A stretch of 35,330 nt of DNA from the NCBI GenBank assembly GCA_001275005.1, contig JWZX01002498.1, forward strand, positions 1 through 35,330, given 5' to 3'. Below the pieces are notes generated by a model, which had not been told where the DNA came from, searched no databases, and saw nothing but the letters and a program-made list of their open reading frames with translations. How positions within the stretch are numbered: position 1 is the first letter of the stretch; every line of letters starts with the position of its first letter. Origin of the DNA: Chrysochromulina tobinii. Its lineage: Eukaryota. Made by a program: the position numbers and the translations under genes. Positions 21,342 to 29,892 of the stretch are shown piece by piece.

Positions 21342-23728
21342 TCAGCCCGCGAGCTGGACGCACTGCCGGCGTACCCGAAGCTGCTTGCCGTTGCCGAGCT
21401 CGACGAGATAGCGCGCCGTCTCGGTATCGTGCTCGAGCACGCGCGCGAGCTCACCATTCAGATGCGTCGCCGTGGACGCCTGCAAGCCCGCGACGACGCC
21501 GACGCTCTGCACGGGCAGCACCGCCGCGCCGACGGGCAGCGGGATTGCATCTCCCGAGCCGAGCTCGACGCCGTACAGCTGCGCGGCTTCGTCAAACTCA
21601 AAGACGGTCGCGCTCGCGCCGTTGTGAGCGCTGTGCTCGCCCACGAGCCCTTCAATGCGCACCTGATGAGGGAGGCAATCCGAATGAAATCAGCATGCAA
21701 TCAGCATGCAATCGGCATGCAATCAGCATGCAATCAGCATGCAATCAGCGCACTTCGAGCATCTGGAGCAGATTGAGACGGCGCACGCGCAGCAACGTGC
21801 CGTCCCGCAGCGCCACTGTGTATCGATCCGCCTCGCTCTCATACCCCTTGAGGACGCCCACCTGCCCATCCGATGAGGGCGGCCATCAGCATGCAATCAG
21901 CTTGCAATCAGCATGCAATCAGTACCCCTTGAGCACGCCCACACCTGCCCATCTGATGAGGGCGGCCATCAGCATGCAATCAGTTCCCCTTGAGCACGCC
22001 CACACCTGCCCGTTGCGTTCGGCAGCCCCCTTGAGCCCGCGCAGCTTGACGTACCTGATGAGGGAGGCAATCAGCATGCAATCAGCATGCAATCAGCATG
22101 CAATCAGCATGCAATCAGCATGCAATCAGCATGCAATCAGCATGCAATCATTCCCCTTAAGCGCAGCTTGACGTACCCGTCGATGGGCAGCGTCATCAGA
22201 GCGCCGTGTGGAGCGCCACCTGACGAGGCGGGTGCCGCCCCCTCCGCTGCCGCCATTGCCGCCGCCGCCGCAGCCGATGGCTGACCGGTAGAGGCGCACG
22301 CGGCGACTCCGGTCGGTGCTCGGGACGCCGCCGCCGCCGCTGGCTCGGGCGCTCGGTACAGCGCGTGTGGCTCCGGCGGTGCTGGCGGCGGCGTGGTCGG
22401 CCGTCGTAACGACATCCGCCGCGCCTCATCGACCGTGCCATCCGGGGCGCGCTTGCGATTGCCATCGTACAGGGACGCATGCAACCGCCGTTCGTTGAAC
22501 CAACGGCCATCCATGGCGGCGAGGCATGCCTGATGATGGGAGCAATCAGGCGCCATCAGCTGTCGCACTCAGAGGCTTTCGGTGGCGAGGCCTGCCCTGA
22601 TGATGGGAGCAATCAGAGGCATGCCTGCCTGATGATGGGAGCAATCAGAGGCATGCCTGCGCGCTTGCCGCCTGTGTGAAACGGACGGCCATCGGCCCGT
22701 CCATCTCTGCCGCGAAGGACTGCACTCGCTCGACCTCGCCGAAACGCAAGCACTCGCACCTGCCATCAGCAATCAGCATGCAATCAGCATGCAATCAGCA
22801 TGCAATCAGCATGCAATCAGCATGCAATCAGCATCTCGCTCGTCGTGCAATCGTCATCCAATCAGCATGCAATCAAAGCACTCGCACCAGACAGATTCCT
22901 CAAGGGCACCGAGAAAAGCGCGCACCTGCCATCAGCACGTCATCAGCACGTCATCAGTTGACCAGCATAGGCAATCATACGCACTCCAATGCAATCATAG
23001 CCAATCATACGCACGTCGCCGCAGCTGCCCATCTGATGAGGGCGGCAATCAGCATGCAATCATACGCACGTCCCCGCAGCTGCCAAGCTCTTCGATGGAG
23101 AAGAGGTTCGTCAGCACCACCACGCGTGCCCAGTCCTCCTTGGGCACGGCGCCGCGCGCCTCGAAGTGCGCTGCGCTCACCTGTGGGAAAGAGGGTGGGC
23201 GCGCCGTGGTGAGCACCTGCATGCAACGGCGTCTCCCTCCGCCAAGTGCGCCGCGCTCACCGTGAGCGTGTCGCCGAAGAGAGCCCAGTCGCGCGAGAGG
23301 GCGGCCTGCAGGCCCGCGTCGGTCGCAAAGGTCACCAAGCCATCGCCCTTCGGCTCACCGGCCGCATCCTTGTACAGCTTGACCCTGCGCACCTCGCCCG
23401 CCTTCGAGAAGAGCGTCTGCACCGCTGTCCAGACGACCTCCTTCGGGATACCCGTAACGTAGGCGGTGAAATTGGCCACGTTGGCCTCGGCGGCGGCGGC
23501 CTTCTCCTTGCGCCGCTCGGTCTTGCGCTGCAGCTTGCGCCGGCGCTGCTCCTCGGCTGATTCGGCGCCCGCCGCGCTCGTCGAGGCGAACACGGAAGCC
23601 CACGCTTCTTCCTTGGTGTCGCGCTCGTCGTCACTGCCGCCGACGGAGCCGCTGGCCATTTCGAAATTGCGCTTCTGTGCCTTGGCCAGGCGCTCCTGCT
23701 CGGCCATCATCGCGGCTTGGTACGCCAT
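21342..23728 (-). CDS. Tat-SF1/Cus2-like two-RRM splicing factor with three C-terminal SH3/KOW-like repeats, 8 exons
   Basis: Exons 23728-23261, 23180-23070, 22925-22888, 22759-22657 (GC donor), 22529-22177, 22054-22006, 21861-21754, 21662-21342, phase-consistent. RRM1 AYVTGIP..FSKAG..VKLYKDAAGEPKGDGLVTF; UHM-like RRM2 VVVLTNLF..ECLRFGEVERV..ACLAAMDGRWFNERRLHASLYDG. Confidence 0.8.
21689..22150. repeat. (GCATGCAATCA)n 11-bp arrays in introns of the RRM gene
   Basis: Arrays at about 21689-21748, 21886-21922 and 22067-22150; the same unit also at about 22769-22833 and 7798-7823. Confidence 0.9.
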
Positions 23729-23882
23729 TTTGCTTCCCCTCGAAGACACTAGACATCCGATTTCACGTGAATGCGCGGCGTGCGGCAGATCCTCAACCTT
23801 GCATCGGCATCACGATTACAATCGCATAAGAAGGAGTCCATAAGAAGCTCTATTGAGCGCGACGCCGAGTTTCGGCGACATT

Positions 23883-24929
23883 ATGCTGGTCGGATTCGGC
23901 GGGGTCGCAGTCGGTCCATGGCGCTCCCGCAATCCGCTGGCGTGCGCCGTGGACGACAAGCCGTGGCGCGAGCCCTGGCGTGAGGAGCTGTACGATCAAC
24001 TGCAGCATGAGCTGGATTGGAGCCACGTGAACGAAGCCATCTCCCGTGCCGTCTCGTCCGGAGTGGCGCTGCCAGGTGACCTTCAACCCGCACCGCTGTC
24101 GCCTCTGCCTACGCCTCGGCCGCGGCATGCCCACGAGCCTCCTCGCCATACATGGGCGTTGCGAGTCGCCTACCACGGCCCGTCCTACTGTGGGTTTGCT
24201 TGGCAGCCAAGTGGCACCTCCGTGTCAGGGTGCGTGGAGGCGGCGATCGCCTCGCTGCTCGGAGAGCGCACGGTGCTTGCTTGCGCCGGGCGCACGGATG
24301 CGGGGGTGTCTGCGATCGGCCAGCTCGTCACGTTCAGCACCTTCGATCCCACACTCAACTTTGAGGCGCTCAGCCGCGCTGTCGCCGCGGCAGCGCCGTC
24401 GGTTGGCACGCTCCGCCTCGTGTCGGCGCAGACGGTGCCGCGCTCCTTCCACGCCACCTTCTCGACGGCGTGGAGAAAGTACGTGTACCTGCTCCCCGCC
24501 AACGACGCCACCCTCGGCGCCGACGCCGACGCGATCGACCGGCAGCTCCGTCCGCTCGTCGACGCGGGTGAGGCCCACTACGGCGCACTCGGTCGAGGGC
24601 TGCCTCGAGGCAAGAGCCCACGGATGAGGCTGCAGCATGCGAGTGCGCGCGCGGTGCAGCTCGAGGGCGGCGCACGCGCGATCCGGTTCGAGCTCGTCGG
24701 AGATCGCTTCTTGCGCCGACAGGTGCGCACCCTCGTCGCAACGGCGGTGCATGCTGCCAGGGAATGCGGCTCTGGCGACGCGATGGGCGACGTCGAGGAA
24801 GGCGATGACGTGGCTCCTGGGTCCACGCTGCTTCGCATGGCCACGTCGGGGCGGCAGGAGCTGACGGCGCATCCCGCGCCACCCACCGGGCTGGTGTTTG
24901 CGGACAGCGGCATTCTCGAGGCCGGCTGA
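23883..24929 (+). CDS. tRNA pseudouridine synthase, TruA family, intronless
   Basis: LRVAYHGPSYCGFAWQ, AGRTDAGVSAIGQ (catalytic Asp), FHATFSTAWRKYVY, GDRFLRRQVR, APPTGLVF. First ATG is 23883. Confidence 0.92.
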   Translation: MLVGFGGVAVGPWRSRNPLACAVDDKPWREPWREELYDQLQHELDWSHVNEAISRAVSSGVALPGDLQPAPLSPLPTPRPRHAHEPPRHTWALRVAYHGPSYCGFAWQPSGTSVSGCVEAAIASLLGERTVLACAGRTDAGVSAIGQLVTFSTFDPTLNFEALSRAVAAAAPSVGTLRLVSAQTVPRSFHATFSTAWRKYVYLLPANDATLGADADAIDRQLRPLVDAGEAHYGALGRGLPRGKSPRMRLQHASARAVQLEGGARAIRFELVGDRFLRRQVRTLVATAVHAARECGSGDAMGDVEEGDDVAPGSTLLRMATSGRQELTAHPAPPTGLVFADSGILEAG

Positions 24930-25688
24930 GCCTCCGTTTGGGGGCCACATGGAATCCGGAGCCGGACTACAGGCTCCCGGAACGCTTGCATCCCTTTTGG
25001 AGGGGCCACAGTAATAAAACAGTAACAGAGTAGTCTCCTGGTTCCTCCCGGACGGACTGAAAGCTGAAAGGTGCTCTAGGGCATCACACTGGACACTCTC
25101 CACGACTCGCTCGCGCGGAAAAGCTCCGCTCCCATCCGATCCTGCGTTCGACTTGTTCGAGCATGTCCATGTGTTCGAGTTCGTCCGGTCTGTCGTCCGG
25201 TCCAACATTACTCGACCTAACAGCTATTTCATTACTCGACCTAACAGGTATTCCGTTCTGTAACAGCTATTTCCATGGAAACAGGAATGTAACGCTCTAG
25301 TCGGAACGTAATGGACTCCGCTCCTGTTTGCCACAAGTCGACGAGGACACGACGATCAAACATGCCACGCGTCCGTTTACGCGTAAAGACTCCTTCAACT
25401 CCCGACCTTGCGGTGGGCGGAGCCGGGAACAGACAGCAAGGCCTTGCAGACTGAGCGTAAACCTCTCCACCACGTTCCGAATTCGCTCATGATTTGTGTC
25501 TGTGAAGACCATGCCCGTTGGTTCTCGACCACATTCACACGGTTCCACATCCTCTTCCTCGATGCATGATCGTCGCCGTGCCCCAGCCTCGGGACTCGGT
25601 CTGCCAAGGTGCAGCTGCAGGAGAGCCGCTGCTAATCTCCTCTTCAATTAAAGATCACCATGGACATGCACAAGCGCGCCACAAGCGG

Positions 25689-28600
25689 TTAATAGAATCC
25701 GCCCGCCTCCGCAATCGCCGCCCTGATGGCGGCGTCGCCGTCCGCCAGAGTCCGAATCGCCACCCTGATGGCGGGGTCGCCGAGCGCCAGAGTCCGCAAC
25801 GCGCCGGCAGCGTTTGCCAAAAGCGCACCTGATTCCCAGAGTTTGATCATCCCGTCGACCGATCCCGACACGATCTTCGATCCGTCCGGGGAAAACGCCA
25901 CCGACATGACGTGGCTGCTGTGCGCGTCCGTCTTCTCGCTCAACAGCTCCAGCTCTGCCAGACAAGCCAGCATCCGTCAGTTTTGGCCAAGGAGGGGCGA
26001 TTCTGAGGGCTCACGGCGCACCTGAATCCCAAACTTTGATCGTCCCGTCGTACGATCCAGAGACAATCTTGGTCCCGTCCAGGGAGAACGCCACCGACAT
26101 GATCTCGCTGCTGTGCTCGTTCGTCTTCTCGCTCAAGAGCCCCAGCGCGCCTGCGAGACAAGCCAACAAGCGTCAGTTTTGGCCAAGGAGGGGCGATTTT
26201 GAGCTCGCGGCGCACCCAAATCCCAGACTGTGATCGTATTGTCGTCCGATCCGGACACAATCTTGGTCCCGTCCGGGGAAAACGCGACCGACCTGATCCA
26301 GCTGCTGTGTGCGTTCGTCTTCTCGCTCAGCATCTCCAGCTTGCCTGCCAGACAAGCCAAGAAGCGTTAGTATTGGCCGAGGAGGGGCGATTTTGAGCTC
26401 GCGGCGCACACGAATCCCAGACTTTGATCGTCCTGTCGTGCGATGCTGAGACAATCTTGGTCCCGTCTGGGGAAAACGCCACCGAACTGACGATGTTGCT
26501 GTGGGCGTCCGTCTCCTCGCTCAACAGCTCCAAGTTGTCTATCAGACAATCCAACAAGCGTCAGTTTTGGCGAAGGAGGGGCAATTTTGAGGGCTCACGG
26601 CGCACCTGAATCCCAGACTTTGATCGTCCCGTCGACCGATCCCGAAACGATCATGGTCCCGTACGGGGAAAACGCCACCGACATGACGATGCCGCTGTGC
26701 GCATCCGTCTCCTCGCTCAACAGCTCCAAGTTATCTGTCAGACAATCCAACAGTGTTGGCCAAGGAGGGGCGATTCTGAGGGCTCACGGTGCACCTGAAT
26801 CCCAAACTGTGATCGTCCCGTCCTCCGATCCCGACACAATCTTGGTCCCGTCCAGGGAGAACGCCACCGATTTGATCTCGCTGCTGTGCTCGTTCGTCTT
26901 CTCGCTCAAGAGCCCCAGCGCGCCTGCGAGACAAGCCAACAAGCGTCAGTTTTGGCCAAGGAAGGGCGATTTTGAGCTCGCGGCGCACCCGAATCCCAGA
27001 CTTTGATCGTCCCGTCGTACGATCCTGAGACAATCTTGGTCCCGTCTGGGGAAAACGCCACCGAACTGACGATGTTGCTGTGGGCGTTGGTCTTCTCGCT
27101 CAACAGCTCCAGTGTGCCTGCCAGACGAGCCAGCAGGAGTCACTTTTGGACAAGGAGGGGCGATTTTGAGCTCGCGGCGCACCTGAATCCCTGCAGACTT
27201 CGATCGTCCGGTCGTCCGATCCCGACACGATCGCCTCCATCGCCGCTTGGATGGCGGCGTTGCCGGCAGCCAGAGTCCACAACGCGCCGGCCGCGTTCGC
27301 TTTGCCCTGAGCGTCACCGTCGCGCACGAGCGCCACGAGCGCCTCAACGGCGCCCGCCGCCGCCATCGCCGCCTTGTTGGCTTTGTTGTGCGCTAGCTTC
27401 CCCAAGGCCTCCGCGGCTGCGGCACGCTCCTCAGCGGTACCATCTCTGAGCATCGCCACCAGCGGCGGGAGGGCGCCGGCCGCGGCGAGTGCCCCACGCA
27501 TCGGATCCGTCGATTGAGCTGGCGGTGCGTCGGCGAGACTGGCGATGCCACTCGCCACCGGCGTCCGCGCACCGATGGCGCACGCTTGGAGCAATGCCAC
27601 CAGCGCCGCAGCCGGATCCACGTTAGCCACAGCGCGCTCCACCTCCTCGGTGGTGAGAACGCTCTCCGAGGCGATTCCGAGCACCTCGAGTGTCTTTGCC
27701 TTCATCGGCTCCACCTGAAGCATCTGCTCGCGGATCATGACGCGCTCGGCCGCACAGGCCTCCTTCCAGTCCGTCATCTCGTTGGCCGCCTCGAGCACGA
27801 GCTCCGCCGTCGACTGCTCGCGCCAAACAAACGTGCCGCGCTCGTGTGAGGCCTGCGTTTGCAGCTTTGCCACGATCGCCTCGGTAAACGCGGGGAATCG
27901 CTGCAACTTGAAAGTTGAGGCGTCAGCGGCGAACGCCTGCTTCGCCTGGCTCACAAACCTGTGCTGGCTCTCCATAGCGCTCTTCACCATCGCCAGGTGC
28001 ATCGCGGCGAGCCCAGTGCAACCACCAGGCTTCACCAGCTTCGAAACCGTCGGCTTGATGATGCTATCAAAGCATTCATCAGCCACCCCACCCATCGCCT
28101 CGTCCAGCACCGCCTCGGCAGCTCGGCACGCCGCCGCCCGAAGCTCGTCGAGGGCCGGGCCGGTCGGCGCCTCGACCGCCTCAGGCAAGCCGAGCGCATC
28201 GCACTTCGCCTGCAGCCGCTTGAGCTCTCCGTTGAGGCGGATCAGCGTCTGTGGTGCCCAGGTGCTGCGCAGATATCGGGCGTAGACGCTGCTCAGCTTG
28301 TCCACGAGCGCGTCGCACGTCAGCAGGCCATCGGACAACAGCGGCGCTAGCAGCGGCTGCGACGCAAACCACTTGCGCTCGGCCGTCGCCATCGCCTCAA
28401 GCCGCTGCACGTTGCTCAAACCCTCACCCTTGATCGGCTCCGTCATCGTGCCGATGAAGCCGTGCGGTGCGAGCTGAAACGCATCGCCCGACGTCTGCCT
28501 CAGCCGGTCCGGCAGCTTCTTCATGTCCAGCTTCCCGACGTTGTCGCACATCGTCACCACGCCGATCGTGTCGCTCTGCAGGCCCAACTCCTCCACCAGC

Positions 28601-29466
28601 TGCAAGCCGAGCGACTGGGACGGAGGCATGGAGGCTGTGCAGCTCACGAGGAAGATGGCCGATCCCTTGTGCTGCTCGACCTGCGCCTTGACCAGGGCCT
28701 TTGCCTTCTCCGGCATGTCCGCCGCGTCCGAGCCCGCCGACAGCTTCAGCCCGGGTAGGTCGACCAGGTCGATGCTTGGCACCGCCGGCGAGTGCACGTG
28801 CACCTCGATCGTGCGCGTCATGCTGACCGAGGTAAGGCCGCCGTGCTCGGCAGCAAGCACGCGCTCCATCTCATGCCGCACGTCCACCTGCCCGCCCGCG
28901 AGCGACACTGTGCGCCGCACCTCCTCCTTGCCCGTCGCGCTGTCGCGCACCACCAGCACCGGCAGCTGCGCCTCCTTTGTGTGACGCAGCTTGAGCAGGA
29001 TGGGCAGCCGCGTGCACGTGTCCTCGCCGCGCGGCAGCAGCGGCATCATCGCGAGTCGCTCGAGCAGCGACGACTTGCCGCTCGTCTCCTGGCCGAAGAC
29101 GATCACAACCGGGGTCTTCCAACCCTCCAGCGTCGCAGCCAGCAGCTCCGACAGCGGGTCCAGCACATCAAACACCACCTTGAGGGCCTCGAGGCTCTTG
29201 AAGGTGACGGATCGTGCCTGGCGCGCCTTTAGCAGCTCGCCGTCCGCGCGCAGCTGCGCCAGCGCCGCAACCACGTCGGCCGGCGCCTCGCCCAACTCCT
29301 CGTGCATGGGCTGCTCCGGGTCCTGAGGCGAGACAATCGGCAGTCCTTCGGACTTGCGGGCGGCAAAGTACTTGAGGAGCGAGGAGCGATCGTAGACGTG
29401 GCCATCGGCCGCGAGCACCGGGTCGCGGATCAGGTCGTTTGTGAATGCGTCGATCAGCTCCAGCAT
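25689..29466 (-). CDS. U-box + dynamin/Mx-like GTPase + ARM repeats + 7 WD40 repeats, 8 exons, about 1107 aa
   Basis: Exons 29466-27183, 27117-26989, 26923-26795, 26734-26606, 26538-26410, 26344-26216, 26150-26022, 25954-25689 total 3324 nt; all introns GT-AG, phase 1. U-box ([25 protein letters not shown]), dynamin G1 [10 protein letters not shown]2 CTRLP, G3 DLPG, G4-like TMCD; ARM ([46 protein letters not shown]); WD40 HS....[22 protein letters not shown]. Confidence 0.88.
25825..27231 (-). repeat. About 194-bp intron+WD40-exon tandem array (7 full units plus a partial WD40)
   Basis: Intron consensus gtgcgccgcgagctcaaaatcgcccctccttggccaaaactgacgcttgttggcttgtct(c/g)gcag (60-67 nt) followed by a 129-nt exon; the last WD40 unit is one codon shorter. 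Confidence 0.95.
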
Positions 29467-29892
29467 GACTCTCACGCTCGCAACGTCGCAAGTTGAGTGT
29501 GAATAGGACGGGCAGGCTCTATGTTCTGTACTCTGCCGTCGTTGTCTTGCCGCAACATACGTAGCCTCTTAGGTATATGTACTGACGTGTCGGGTCCGGT
29601 CGGACCCGCACTGTACGAACACTTTATTTCGAGCGCTCATGGAAACGCATGTGGAAACGCTGTGCCAAGGGGATTTTCTTGTCAAAAGCCAAGGTCATAA
29701 CGGTCGGGTGTTTTAGTATACATTCGTGTACATTAGGATGTCCCCGAGATGGACCAAACATGAACGTCACGATGTGCCGTACCGTCGCCGATCACGATTC
29801 ACCGCGCACAGCACCGAGACGCGTGCATACTGCATTCGGTGAAGGAAAGTACGAGAAATAGGATGCATCGCCACCCCCATTAGGCTTTACGG

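Noticed and set aside
21245..22171. 308-aa plus-strand ORF with MQSACNQHAIS repeats, and similar ORFs at 22676-23265 and 7815-8306
   Set aside because: Antisense read-through of intronic 11-bp and 22-bp repeats in minus-strand genes.
25207..25290. Short direct repeats cattactcgacctaacag and taacagctatttc downstream of the dynamin gene
   Set aside because: No inverted counterpart or target-site duplication found on the other side of the gene, so a mobile-element boundary cannot be supported.
25297..25647. 116-aa minus-strand ORF after the dynamin gene
   Set aside because: No motif and non-ATG start; probably UTR or intergenic.
25825..27231. Regular repeat-spacer pattern resembling a CRISPR array
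   Set aside because: The apparent spacers are homologous 129-nt WD40 exons and the repeats are GT-AG introns; eukaryotic context with no cas genes.
29591..29608. Perfect hairpin cgggtccg-gt-cggacccg upstream of the dynamin gene, a possible Helitron end
   Set aside because: No CTRR terminus at the expected distance on either strand and no matching other end found.
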